Of a stretch of DNA of 64,000 nucleotides, positions 10,795 through 21,807 are shown in pieces; the first letter of the stretch is position 1; the number at the start of each line of letters is the position of its first letter. This DNA is from Diplonema japonicum (taxonomy: Eukaryota > Protista > Euglenozoa: Diplonemea). The stretch lies in assembly GCA_964019335.1 (NCBI GenBank), contig OZ025658.1:248001-312000 (forward strand), in the 5' to 3' direction. The notes below the pieces were generated by a model that saw nothing but the letters and a program-made list of their open reading frames with translations, was not told the origin of the DNA and made no database searches. The translations under genes and the position numbers were made by a program.

Positions 10795-11646
10795 ATAGTT
10801 ATAATAACTATGAATATAAGATCCTATGATTTCACGCGTGGTGGCAGTGGTTTTGACGAGTAATGACGGTTATATCACGAGTGTTATAACGTTTAACGAG
10901 TCAAAACTGCCACCACAAGTGAAATCATCAATCTTAAATTCACAAATACGATATTTTATCGATGGTGGTACCAATAGTGGTACCAATTACAACAGGTGTC
11001 GGATATGTGCCTCGGTAGTGCACATGTTTCCTGCGAACATCAACGCTGCATAAGCGTGGCGGACGATGCCATACCTCGGTGCTAAAGAATTCTGTTATTT
11101 GCTCTTGGGTAAAGATTTTCGCCTTTTTTGTTGACTCGCCTTCTTGGAACCTCTTGAGGGGGACCTTTAGTCGGGGGTGGGCTTGCAACTGCTTGTTGTA
11201 ATCCTCATCACAACCGAGTTTAGCTTTGAATAAACCGTCCGGACTGAACGGGCAGCAGGCCTTGCTTGTTCATGTCGTTGAAATAGAGAATAGAATCCTC
11301 TTCTTTCGGACGGGCCCTTCTTTTCCTTCCTATAATTATGAAACACACAAAAGCGTGTCCACTCCTTTTCGTATGGCTCTTGGAAGGGGGTGAACCCTGC
11401 TGCGTCCGCCTCTTGTGCAGTCGGGTTCTTGCCCATCCCAAAGGAACCTTGGTAGGAATTTTTGGAGGGTTTTGCTTAAATTAGGCCCAGGAGTGAAATA
11501 ATATTTCTTATTTTAACGCTGTCAGAATTTTTTCACTCCTGGGCCTAATTTCTTTTAGAAGTCGGAGCGTGAAAATAAAGTCAGGAGTGAAATAAAGTGA
11601 ATTCTTATTTTCACTCCCGCCCATGAAAATTTTGGTGGAGTTAAAT
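10795..11646 (-). mobile_element. Defective Crypton-like tyrosine recombinase element, copy A
   Basis: Frameshifted ORF pieces join to YEKEWTRFCVF...ILYFNDMNKQG/AARSVRTVYSKLNSV...HPRLKVPLKRFQEGESTKKAKIFTQEQITEFF. This is a YR core-binding (SAM-like) domain plus the KKAKxFT linker, with no catalytic R-H-R-Y domain. Terminal hairpin at 10826-10928. Confidence 0.75.
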
Positions 11647-11651
11647 TATTA

Positions 11652-12203
11652 TTTTATTTCACTCTTCGTCATTTTCTTCACTCACTAGGGGCCTCATTAT
11701 TTAACGCGAAATGGCCATTATTTAACGCGAAATCGCCAATATTTAACTAGTTAAATAATGAGATTTTGCAGTTAAATAATGGCCCTTCAGAGTGGAAAAA
11801 TGAGTCTCGCCGTGGAAAAAAATGCACCCAACCCCTTGAAAAACTTTTTTGGGGTGGGGGTATTTTGACTATTTTTGGCCATCTGAGGCCATTCCAGCCC
11901 TTAAAAGTGGGAATAAGTTCCTTACTTCCCCTTTAAATGCCACGGCGAAATAGCAACCCCATATTACCTTAGGAAACTCCCCAAAAAGGCTGACCTGCGT
12001 GAAAAAAAACAGCAGTGAAAGCAGTGAAGAGTGAGTGACTCAAATGACGAAGAGTGAAATAAAACGACTTACTTGCCGCCAAATGAGCCATTATTTAACA
12101 CTCGTTACCCGTTTTTTTGCACGAGGGCCCGCAGGGCCCTCGTGCAAAAAATTCGGGAACTCGAGTTAAATAATGACTCATAATTTGTTGGCAATAAATA
12201 GTT
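11652..12203 (-). mobile_element. ~550-bp hairpin-ended element, copy 2 (inverted, abutting Crypton copy A)
   Basis: Reverse complement of 2445-2994 with a few substitutions. Confidence 0.85.
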
Positions 12204-12404
12204 TTTTTTTTTTCTTTTTGAAAGATAAAAGTTTTGTAACAAGAGTGTAGAGTAGAAAAAAAATAATTCTTTATGACTATACGTCTTTGTTGGTCGCACG
12301 AGCAAAAAAAAAAAAAAGAGGTTTTTAGAAACCTGCGAAAGTTTTTCTTTTTTGCTCAGTACAAGTCGCATATATATGGAAAACCCCCTTTTCGTACAAC
12401 CCCG

Positions 12405-14876
12405 TTACATCAATTCTTCTAAAGAATGCCTTGGTAACCGCGACCTGTTGGGCGCTAAATGTGCCTGTGAGGTGCCAGCCATGGTGGAAGGTACGGGGCG
12501 AGCCTCCTCATGGCGGACAGCATTTGTGGGTGGAGTAACTTGTAAGTTGATGTTTTGACTGGTACCATTTCGCACTTTTCGAGCAGAAGACCCGAGTGAT
12601 GACAAGCTAGACCGGCTACTACAACTGGATTGGCGTGATTTACTTGAAAGCGACCGTTGACCAAACGAACCTCGACTCGAACTTCGATCGCTGCTGGTTG
12701 GTGAACCTGCCGAGAGTATGCTCCGCACGGGAAGCTTCGGTTCAAAAGTCTGCCCGAACAGAAAGGAACCGACGTTTCCAGACTCGGTTTTTTGGAGGTG
12801 TTCAGACACACACCGAACCATCTTCGTTCCGTTAACTTGGGTGGTTGTCGTGCTTTGGATCAACATGTCCTCACCATGCCCTTCTTTGTTCACCTTCCCA
12901 AGATATTTTTTCGTCGTCATCTCATCCCAGGCTGATGTAACCGACCCTCCGAAGTCATCAATGTCAGACGTGTTTTCAGATGTCCTCAAAGACCTGTCAG
13001 CAAGGTAATTCTTCTGCACTTTCTTAGCAGCGTTCGCGTGGATGATGGCGGCAAGACCGGGGTGTGCCGCAAGAACCGTTTCGAAATCCTGCCTGACGAG
13101 AACCAACAGCAAGCAGGATGTTAATGTGGTGACGGTTGTGATCCTTTTCACCTTTTCCATTAAAGCCCCTTCACCGTAGAATGACCCGGGTGTAAGGACT
13201 GCTTTTTGTTCGCCCTCTTGATTTGCTACAAGCAACTCACCACTTTGAACGAAGAACATCTCGTTGCCAAGATCGCCGTGCCTCACAAGACACAGGCCTG
13301 GGAGAAATATTTTTGGGATGAGACGTGATGTTAAATCGCCTATTGTTCGCATGTCTTTGATGTATTGGAACAGCGGGACCTTTGAGACGATCCCTTTGGC
13401 GATCTCGTTGTTGACTTGATCGAGCAGTACCAAGGGGAGGTCATCGAGGAGCGAGGTGTTTCCCACAGTCCCTGCCATTTTAAAAACTTGTATATAATAC
13501 CGCTTGGCAGCGTCTTGGAAGTGGTTGGGCATTTGCATTGACGTCAGCACGTCAGTAACCTCGTCTATCTTGGTTCGGAAGCGAGCTGCAGCGTTGTTCA
13601 TGGCGAGGTCCGCTACTAGAGTAGTCACCGTTCCAAGAAAGATCGCGAAGAGACTGATTCCAACCAATGCCGTGCTTAACATAAGAATAAGCTGCGTGTC
13701 CGTCTGCGGGAACGGCCCAACAACACCATACCCACACATGTACTTAACACCCCAGTCAAATCCAAGCAGGTACATGGTTCCGAGGTTTTTCGACCGAACA
13801 TAGTTTTCTTGATATGCCCCGACAGTGATTAACGATGCGATGGGAGGAAATTTCAGCGAATCCTCGGCTTCGCTTTCCAAGCAAGCGTACCACGCGCATG
13901 ACACAAGATGGATGGCGGTCAGGAAGATTATCATGTGGCGCATCAACCGAATGATAAGGGGGGAGAGTTGAAAATCCAGAGAAAGCTTGTCTAACACGAA
14001 ATCGAACCGGCGCGGGGTCGTGAATATCCCCGCCAGTTTGTTGAGCCTGAACCACGGCGACCCGCTGTACGACCACGTTAGTGACGACGAAGGGAACGCG
14101 AAGATCAGGTCCCAAAAAAAATCCGATTTGAGATATATTTTTGCAGCCGACTCACCACCTCGCTTCGGACCGAAGAAGTGCATCGTCATTATCAACACAT
14201 GCAAAACGTCAAGGGAGATTTCCAACTGCTTGAAGCCTGATGAGTCCCCCGGGTTGCGGAGGTATGCAAAACGAAAGGTGATAATGACAATGTCTATGAC
14301 AGTGAGAAGCAACATGAAGAAAGCAAGCACAAAGTTGAACAGTCTGGTGTAGTGCTGCCGCACCCTGGTCATGACTTTGATCTTGGGTGTTCGGGGTTGT
14401 GCGCATGTAATGTGTTTCTGATGGTCGCTTACCGACCTTTCGTTCGACATAACCCTGCTGCTCTTTTTCCTGATTTCTTGAAGTTGTTCCGACTCGACAC
14501 CATCGAGGATATCCGAGACAATCGAATACCGGGCTGCAGAGTTTATTTGAGTTCTCCTCGGCGATGCAGCAATATTTTTCCCAGCGACTTCAATATCTTC
14601 CCTTGGCGGGTACAGTCTACTCATTAACTTTACTTGCTGCCGACCGGTCCTCCCAGACTGCGCAAGTGCACCTATCGACTTATTCCTCAACCCCTTCCTC
14701 GGTGACGTTAGGCCTTTCCTCCAAAATTCTTCGTCGTCGTCTTCTCCTGACGAGTCACTTCCATTAGTGGATTCTGTAAACGCCGGCGGGTTGAACAGCT
14801 GCATGCCTTGCCCGGAGAAAGGATGAGTACGGTTGTCTTCCTCATCATTACCCCCTCCAGGAGGTATGTCCGTCAT
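12405..14876 (-). CDS. Cyclic-nucleotide-gated/HCN-EAG-like cation channel
   Basis: Start MTDIPP. Six TM segments, pore YMCGYG, C-linker, and cNMP-binding domain GDLGNEMFFVQSG...FYGEGAL...RITTV. Confidence 0.9.
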   Translation of the reverse strand: MTDIPPGGGNDEEDNRTHPFSGQGMQLFNPPAFTESTNGSDSSGEDDDEEFWRKGLTSPRKGLRNKSIGALAQSGRTGRQQVKLMSRLYPPREDIEVAGKNIAASPRRTQINSAARYSIVSDILDGVESEQLQEIRKKSSRVMSNERSVSDHQKHITCAQPRTPKIKVMTRVRQHYTRLFNFVLAFFMLLLTVIDIVIITFRFAYLRNPGDSSGFKQLEISLDVLHVLIMTMHFFGPKRGGESAAKIYLKSDFFWDLIFAFPSSSLTWSYSGSPWFRLNKLAGIFTTPRRFDFVLDKLSLDFQLSPLIIRLMRHMIIFLTAIHLVSCAWYACLESEAEDSLKFPPIASLITVGAYQENYVRSKNLGTMYLLGFDWGVKYMCGYGVVGPFPQTDTQLILMLSTALVGISLFAIFLGTVTTLVADLAMNNAAARFRTKIDEVTDVLTSMQMPNHFQDAAKRYYIQVFKMAGTVGNTSLLDDLPLVLLDQVNNEIAKGIVSKVPLFQYIKDMRTIGDLTSRLIPKIFLPGLCLVRHGDLGNEMFFVQSGELLVANQEGEQKAVLTPGSFYGEGALMEKVKRITTVTTLTSCLLLVLVRQDFETVLAAHPGLAAIIHANAAKKVQKNYLADRSLRTSENTSDIDDFGGSVTSAWDEMTTKKYLGKVNKEGHGEDMLIQSTTTTQVNGTKMVRCVSEHLQKTESGNVGSFLFGQTFEPKLPVRSILSAGSPTSSDRSSSRGSFGQRSLSSKSRQSSCSSRSSLSSLGSSARKVRNGTSQNINLQVTPPTNAVRHEEARPVPSTMAGTSQAHLAPNRSRLPRHSLEELM

Positions 14877-15084
14877 TTCTTCTTTCCTCCGCCCTCCCTT
14901 TTCCTCTTGTGAAACATGAGTACAAATGGAAGAAGAAAAACAGTAAGAAAAAAAGCAGGATGGGGAGATGAGTACTGAGAAATAAGCTAAGCTCCATCTC
15001 CTGCTCGAAGTCGAGTGCTCCAGCGTCGTCGTGGTCACACAGAAAGCCACGCAACCATCTAATAAAAGGAGCGGGGTAAATACT

Positions 15085-15978
15085 CTAAGGGTTGAGGAGA
15101 GGGACGCATGCGCCTTGCACGCTGCTGTGGTGGAGGTTCTCGGGTTTGTCGTCGAAGAAGATATCGGCGTCGAACGCGAGCACGAAGTCAGATTTGTCGA
15201 GGTTGCCCAAAAAGAGGGCTTCGTCAACAGCAACGTCCCAGGCTTGGAACGTGGCCAGCACACGGTCGGTCATGTGCTTATCACGCGCGGTGATCAGGGC
15301 TGTGGTGATGGGGCACGGTTGTTGGTTTTGCTTGAAAAAGGCTTGGATTTTGGACATGCGGAATAGGAACTTTGCGAGGGGCCCCGTGGGGAGCTCGTTC
15401 TGCCGGTTGAGCTTCTCGTATTCTCGTACCGCGTTCAGTCCTTCGCGGTTGTAGATTTCATCGGACTGGCTTGAGAAGATCACACCGTCGCCGTCGAAGG
15501 CGATGCGAAGCTGCGAGTCGTCGTTGACGGGCAACGCCTTCTTGGGGATGATCTTCGCGGCAGGGATGTTCTGCTCCCGAACAGCCGTGTTGACAGACTC
15601 ACCGTCGGCGGAGAGGAAAAGATCGACTTTGAAGGCTTTCAGGTATTTCCCCACGTCACGGCCGCTTGACCAAACCGATCTGTCTACCTCTAGTTCATCT
15701 ATTTCCATTGTTTTCCTGACGCGCACCCCGCTCTCAACGGAGTTTTGCGAGAGGATGACAACGTCGACTAGCTTTTCGTTTTTGTTCAGCCGCAGCAGTT
15801 TTCTTACTAAATTGAAGGCGACCCCCGGTTTGAAAGGTCTGTCTCTCAGCTCCATCTGCCGCTCCCTGTATTTTTCCTCCCCTTGGGCCTCGTAGTATCT
15901 GTGCTCTTCCTCTAGGTCATACAGTGCTCGCGACGACACCGCCACCACTAACACATTGCTCAGGTCGTAGAACGGCAT
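15085..15978 (-). CDS. 5'-nucleotidase, cN-I/NT5C1-type (HAD fold)
   Basis: Motifs LVVAVSSRALYDL, LRIAFDGDGVIFS, TALITAR, DEALFLG and IFFDD. Confidence 0.9.
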   Translation of the reverse strand: MPFYDLSNVLVVAVSSRALYDLEEEHRYYEAQGEEKYRERQMELRDRPFKPGVAFNLVRKLLRLNKNEKLVDVVILSQNSVESGVRVRKTMEIDELEVDRSVWSSGRDVGKYLKAFKVDLFLSADGESVNTAVREQNIPAAKIIPKKALPVNDDSQLRIAFDGDGVIFSSQSDEIYNREGLNAVREYEKLNRQNELPTGPLAKFLFRMSKIQAFFKQNQQPCPITTALITARDKHMTDRVLATFQAWDVAVDEALFLGNLDKSDFVLAFDADIFFDDKPENLHHSSVQGACVPLLNP

Positions 15979-16139
15979 TTTTTTTTCTTCTTTTTTCCCT
16001 GAGAAAAACTACAAAACATTTTCACCGTTTGGGCTAGCCTGTTTTTTCATTTTCCTCCGCAGCACAAGGACTCTCTTAACAACCTACCCTTTTCTACTGG
16101 TTCTGCAGGTTGTTAAAAAATTATTTTCCCTACCTACGG

Positions 16140-16179
16140 TCCACTCATTGCGCGTCTTTAATTAGAAGACGAGGCATTT

Positions 16180-16216
<37 letters not shown>
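16140..16216 (-). pseudogene. 77-nt fragment of LSU (28S) rRNA, helix 69-71 region
   Basis: Minus strand reads TAAACGGCGGGAGTAACTATGACTCTCTTAAGGTAGCAAATGCCTCGTCTTCTAATTAAAGACGCGCAATGAGTGGA. This is conserved LSU sequence with small indels. Confidence 0.9.
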
Positions 16217-16881
16217 GAGGAGATGACCTTCGAACCGATGGTTTAGATCAGAGAAAAGTGAATTGTGTAGTTTTTTTTTGTCAGATTGGCGTAACACCCA
16301 TTCTACATCCCTCAACACAAAAGTACTTTGAGAATCACGATTTTGTACCCCCTCTTTTTTTTTCAAAATTGCACTTCGGTATGAAACAGATAAGAAAAAA
16401 AGAAGAAGAAAAGAAAGAAAAGATATTTTGTCAAATCCACCTTTTTTGCGGTAGACAGTCCCTTCCCAAATTCTAGCGCTAGCATTCTAGCATTTCCTCT
16501 GTTCACCCACACCTTTTCCCCTCTCTTTCATTCTTGTTTTCTTCCTCCCCCCCCCCCATTTTTCTAGAAAATACAAAACTGCACTGGCTTGAAAAAAAAA
16601 AGAAAAAAGAAAAAAAAGATGGATGGGTCAAACATCGAGACAAAAAAAATAAAGAAAAAAAAAACTACTAGAGCGCACATGCGCTCGCAACGAAATGAGG
16701 GGAAAAAAATAAGAAGCAAAACACACGACTTTTGAAGTTAGCTTGTATATCGTATTATGCAGGAGAAAGACTTACTTTAAAGAAGAGATCTGTTCGGGTT
16801 AAAAGAAAAAAAGATGAAAACGTTTTGTGAATTACAAACTTCGTATTCCCTCTTACCCGCGAGCCACGCAGGGAGGAGGAA

Positions 16882-17679
16882 TCACATTTTTGAAAGCGTC
16901 ATCTTATCGATAATACTGCGCAAGAGGCTATAGTCTGGTATCGACGTATAGCTCAGCTGCTCCACAACTTGAAAATATTCTTTGAGAATAGGAAGATTGG
17001 CGAGGAAAGAGGGGTCTCTCTGTAGGCCTAGCCTGGCGGTGAGAACGGAACTAGGATCCTGATGCATGTCCCATGGGAGCCTTCCTTGGAGGAGATAGAG
17101 GAGGACCAGGCCTGCGGACTCTAGGTCATCGCGGCGGGTTGTCTGCTGACCTTGGAGGGTATTCAAGGAAGCATAATGAGGAGTCCCAGTGAAAGTCTTG
17201 ATAAGGGAATGTTGATCAGCATCAGTGGGAATATCTGTAGAGAAGCTAAAATCTATGAGAAAAATCTTCGTTTCATCGGAGCCGAGCCCCGTCATAACGT
17301 TGCAGGGCTTTACATCACCGTGGACAAGCCCTTTGCTGTGGAAGGCCTCCAGACGGGTTAACAGTTGTGACATGTAACAGACTGCTTGGTTCTGTTCCAC
17401 CTTCCCGCTTCTTTCCACCACCATACTGAGAGTTTCCCCTAGAAGCGTTGATACAAAGATCTCCTCACCCCTCACTCCCAAACCCTCCCAGTATATTTTT
17501 GGGAACCCTTCTACTCCATCTAATTTTTTGCATATTTCCGCTTCTCTCCACCCCTCTCCTTGGACCACCTTCACCGCTACTTTACCCTTCGTCAGTGTGT
17601 CCACCGCTCTATACACCTCCCCATAGCTCCCTCTCCCAATTAACTGCTCTATTCGGTACCGCCCAGCCCATCGGATCAT
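16882..17679 (-). CDS. Divergent casein kinase 1-family protein kinase
   Basis: Motifs GRGSYGEV, VAVK, HGDVKPCN, IDFSFS, TGTPHYAS and RRDDLES. Confidence 0.88.
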   Translation of the reverse strand: MIRWAGRYRIEQLIGRGSYGEVYRAVDTLTKGKVAVKVVQGEGWREAEICKKLDGVEGFPKIYWEGLGVRGEEIFVSTLLGETLSMVVERSGKVEQNQAVCYMSQLLTRLEAFHSKGLVHGDVKPCNVMTGLGSDETKIFLIDFSFSTDIPTDADQHSLIKTFTGTPHYASLNTLQGQQTTRRDDLESAGLVLLYLLQGRLPWDMHQDPSSVLTARLGLQRDPSFLANLPILKEYFQVVEQLSYTSIPDYSLLRSIIDKMTLSKM

Positions 17680-17957
17680 CTTGGCCTGAGAATGGGGAGA
17701 GAATAGTGTAACATATGGAAATAGAAGAATAGGCTAGGCGGTAGTCACGTAAGAGTAAAAAAAAAAAAAAAAAAGGAAGAAAAAAAAACACAAGACCGGG
17801 TGAGGTTATTGAGGCAGAAGAAGAGAGGGATTGGGATATCCTCCTTCGTGTGAGCAAAACAGAAATATATTCAGAATAAAAAAAGGGGGGGGGGAGAGAA
17901 GGAAAGCAAGATTTTTTTTTTTTTTGGTGTTCTCCCCTCGCCATTTTGGTTTTAGTC

Positions 17958-19229
17958 TCAATCTTTGAGCTCGAAAGTCTGTGAACAAACAGAGGTATTT
18001 TAGCTTTTCTATTATTGGTACGCATACCTGTATAACCTCAGGAGTCCAATCAACTGAGTGTTCAGGATAAGTGTATGGTACAGCCCTGGCAAGTTCTATT
18101 TTTTAAAAATTGTTGTGATTGCCCCTTCTTTTTTTTTCTCTCATACCCTGTGGTTCCACAAGGGGAACCGGTTCATCTAGCAGCTTCGGACGCCCAAGCA
18201 TCTCAGTGTCCCGCTTAATCTTGTACGCCACTCGTTGGCATTCCTCTTCCAGGAGCTTTACTGCGGCCGCGATCGTCTTGTCAAGCCTGGTATTTTTTAT
18301 TAGCGACTTAAATTGTATTCCCTCTAATATACATACACTTTCTTATGAGTATTGAATAGAGTACTCACATTGGGCATGAATTGCTCCGCTTGTTTGGAGG
18401 CGGAGAATGCCTCTGCCATCTTGTCGGCTTTAGTGTAGTGCAGTGCCATTAAAAGGTACGTTTTGACTAGCAAAATCTCTTTTTTGAGAGATGCCCACGC
18501 CATGAAACTCACAAACGAAGGTTCTTCTTTGGGACGCTGTTCTTTGAAAGACACGAGCGCGGAGGAAAAGAGGGCGTACGACTTGGAAGCGAGCTTTGCG
18601 AGGAGCTCACGGCCTCTGTTGTCGGTGTTACGGAGGGCTTTGGAAAGAGAGAGCTCCTGGGCTTGTGCCAGGCAAATGTCACGAAGGCCTGATATCATGG
18701 AAGGCTGCATGTCCAAAGGGAAAGCACCATCGATCTTGGAACCGAACCCAGACATTAACGAGAAGGATTTGTCGAAGAAACCGGCTGCGATACAGAGAGT
18801 TTTGTAACTTTCTTTTTCTATCCGTTCTGCAGAAGCTCTGTTGCTGGTAGAGATGTTCTGTGTCACCACTTCCATGTGATAAAGACCAAGGTTAGACAAA
18901 ACAGATGCGACCTCATAGTGACTGTCTGAGGCAGCGTGGGACGTCCTTGGCCCTAGCGCAGCTGCCCAGTAGTAAAACACGATTTTGCGTAAAAAGTTGG
19001 CCCGTCCGTCTTCTGTCAGCGCGACCACATACGCCATGTACTCCTCCACGGCCTTGTCCACCTCTCGTCTCTCCGCGAAGGCTTTCAGCATTAATGCTCG
19101 TTTCTTTGACATCTTATCCAACACCCCCGTGTGCCATTTTTTCACCTGTCCAAACTGAACCGCTTTCTTCGCGAAATCCAACTCGCTGCTTGTCTTCAGC
19201 GGCACCATTACGCATGCTACATCTGTCAT
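17958..19229 (-). CDS. BRO1-domain protein (BROX-like); exons 19229-18337, 18286-18147, 18095-18028, 17978-17958
   Basis: BRO1 motifs YEVASVLSN, AAGFF and CLAQAQE. Three 49-51-nt GTATG..AG introns give the C-terminus PQELARAVPYTYPEHSVDWTPEVIQTFELKD, which resembles BROX. Confidence 0.8.
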
Positions 19230-19350
19230 TTTCTTAAATAGTGTGTGGTGGCGCCCTTTCGCTCCCCTTATTTTTTTTTTGAGGGGGGGTTTCCTTCTTG
19301 TGACTACAAAAGCAACGATAAAAAAGACTTTCCTTTATTTTCTTTTTTGT

Positions 19351-21012
19351 TCAGAACATCCCCAAACAGTTCATCATGAACTTCATTTCTCGTTTCCGAA
19401 CCTTGTCGTCGTCAGCGTCCGACACATCTTGCAGTCTGTTGAACGCTGTCCAGAACCCGATGCAAGCTTGCCTCCGCGTCGCGTCGTTGGTCAGGCTGAT
19501 CTTTAACAACGCCGCGACCAACACAGCAAGTGGGCCGGATGTGGGAGGGAATGAGATTGAAGCAGTGTGGTTGTCGATCGTTAGCCGGAGCGGCGAGGGT
19601 AGGAGAGGGCGGGGGTTATCATGGGTGATCCATTGCATCAAAAGTGTGGACACATGAGAAGCAAGCCGAGCGGCGGATTCCGGATCTATCACAGGCTGGT
19701 CACTGAGGAAATCGAGGTACCATGAGAGGCTCGGAACGGTTGGGATTTGACTCGGCTCTGTTTTCCCGTTGTCAAGGAAAATCTTCGCTATTTTTGCGAG
19801 GTACGTGGTTCGCATCTCGATCCCGCCGATTCTGTCACGCATCTTCCGCAAGGTCGCCTCTCTTCCCGCTGCGACCGCGTAGCCTTCTTCCCCTGCTCTT
19901 GCTAACCTCACACCTTCCATGTTATCCCCTTTACCATGCTTCTCTATGAACGGCTGCAGATAGTCGTCCTTCAGTTTTTCCAACACGTTTTCGGGTATGT
20001 GCAATAGACCGTACCATGCTATTCTCAAAAATCTTGCGGCAATGCATCCTTCTTGTTCTTCGATCTCACTGACATGGAAGGCGACCACGTTTTGAAGGAG
20101 ATCGCCGACAAGAGACCCACAGATGAGTGGGTGGGAGGAGAAGAAGACCGCGGTTCGAACCCATTCGCCATGCGTACCTTTCATGGCTTTTATCGCTTTT
20201 TCGAGTATGGGCAAACCGTGTTCCGACGCAATTTCGTGCCGGGTTTCACTGGTTACACCTGAGAATCGCGAAAAAGTAGCGGGAGAGAGTTTCGATCCTA
20301 CGAGGCTTGGGTCCATGATGTACAGCGCGAAAAGTTTTCGAACAGCTGCTGGCCCGTTCACATTGGAGAGGACGTCTATCATTTCGACGGTTTCGTCTTG
20401 GTGGAGCGTTCCGAGAAGGGTCAGGTCCATAGCTTCCGGGTCCTTTGCTATTTTTGCTATCATTTTCCTTCGATCTTCTCGGGTCACGGTCTCGCTGTGC
20501 ATTTTGAGTGTCAACCAACAAGCAGACGTCACGAATTTGTTCCCGTTGTGTTCTTCACTTTCGAGTAACCTGGCTGCAACTGATGTCCCTGGCTTTGTCC
20601 CTACCTCTTTTTGTCGTTTCGATAGGACTGATTGCAGTTTTGCGATCTTTTTGGGGAAGGCGGTGGAGGTTAAAACGGCAGCGACGCGTTCTGCGAATGG
20701 CATGGAATCGAGCTGCTGGGTGTTCACAACTGTGAATAGTTGGGGTGGCTTTGTTTTCTTTCTTGGAGCAAGTGAGACTTCTTCAAGGCCTGTTGCTTCA
20801 CATACACCCAAAGCCGCCAGCCTTGCGTTTTTTACCTTCCCGTCCAAAAGCTCAGACACCCCCTTCAGCACATCTGCGTTCCCGCTTCGTTCTAACACAT
20901 TTCCCAATGTAGCCTGCCAAGATTCGTCGCCTTTCGCCAATTTTTGAAACGCTGCACTCCTTCTGATCACAGCGGCCCACTCTGGGGTTTCCCTTGCCCG
21001 CTTCTTTGACAT
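19351..21012 (-). CDS. Hypothetical alpha-helical protein (553 aa)
   Basis: Long ORF with coding-like composition. ATG preceded by A26. Confidence 0.75.
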   Translation of the reverse strand: MSKKRARETPEWAAVIRRSAAFQKLAKGDESWQATLGNVLERSGNADVLKGVSELLDGKVKNARLAALGVCEATGLEEVSLAPRKKTKPPQLFTVVNTQQLDSMPFAERVAAVLTSTAFPKKIAKLQSVLSKRQKEVGTKPGTSVAARLLESEEHNGNKFVTSACWLTLKMHSETVTREDRRKMIAKIAKDPEAMDLTLLGTLHQDETVEMIDVLSNVNGPAAVRKLFALYIMDPSLVGSKLSPATFSRFSGVTSETRHEIASEHGLPILEKAIKAMKGTHGEWVRTAVFFSSHPLICGSLVGDLLQNVVAFHVSEIEEQEGCIAARFLRIAWYGLLHIPENVLEKLKDDYLQPFIEKHGKGDNMEGVRLARAGEEGYAVAAGREATLRKMRDRIGGIEMRTTYLAKIAKIFLDNGKTEPSQIPTVPSLSWYLDFLSDQPVIDPESAARLASHVSTLLMQWITHDNPRPLLPSPLRLTIDNHTASISFPPTSGPLAVLVAALLKISLTNDATRRQACIGFWTAFNRLQDVSDADDDKVRKREMKFMMNCLGMF

Positions 21013-21498
21013 TTTTTTTTTTTTTTTTTTTTTTTTTTCTTTTTCTTTTTTAAACTCTCCTCGTTTCCCCCTAGGAGTTTGGTGAGCGGGGAAAAAAAAG
21101 GCGGAGTAGAAACCTTCTGGGAGCGAAACAAATAAAGGGGGAGGTGCTTACAAAACTGCAGACAAAAGAATCTTGGGATGAAGTTGCTCTTTTTTTTCTT
21201 CTTCTTTTGAGTGAGAGATATCTTCTGTTCCCTTAGTACCCTTCTCAGTCGTGCTGCAAAAGGGAACCTTGGGCTATTTCTTCTTTTTTATTATAGTGAA
21301 CAGCGATAAATATACAAATAATCTCTTTATTCAGGCAAAAAGTTTGTGACCGCTGCGCACGCACGAAGAATAAGTCGCCCATTCTTCTTTTTTTCGTTCT
21401 CTCATATGCAGTCTTGTCGCGGGGGCGAGAATAGGTTAGGAAAAGAGGCTTCAAAAAAAAAAAAAAAGAAAGAAAAAAAAAAAAGAAAGAAAGAAAAA

Positions 21499-21532
21499 AA
21501 GGGTACCTGCGGTATGTGGCAGGATGCCTGAA
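21499..21532 (-). repeat. Orphan copy of the retroelement 3' stem-loop
   Basis: AAGGGTACCTGCGGTATGTGGCAGGATGCCTG matches 24039-24070 with 2 substitutions. Confidence 0.8.
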
Positions 21533-21706
21533 AAGGAAAAGAAGGAAAAGAAAAGAAGAAGAAAAAGAAAACCAGTTAATATTTGCAAATGAACTTTGTT
21601 TTTCTTCTTTCTTTCTGTGGAAATGCTACCCGAGGTCTGAGAAAGATAGTTGAAAAAAAAAGGGGGGGGGAAAGAAAAACAAGAAACTTAACCGAACACG
21701 TTACCT

Positions 21707-21766
21707 TTACCCTTTCGTCTCCATCTCTCTAAGCCCAACGGTTGTCCAGGAATTAGCGTCTTGCCT

Positions 21767-21807
<41 letters not shown>

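Noticed and set aside
14877-15263. N-terminal extension of the 952-aa channel ORF overlapping the nucleotidase
   Set aside because: It is an alternative frame of the neighbouring gene plus intergenic sequence. The likely start is the ATG at 14876 after a purine-rich leader.
16069-16216. Functional rRNA gene or HDV-like ribozyme
   Set aside because: Only 77 nt with indels. I could not build the HDV P1.1/P3/J4-2 elements.
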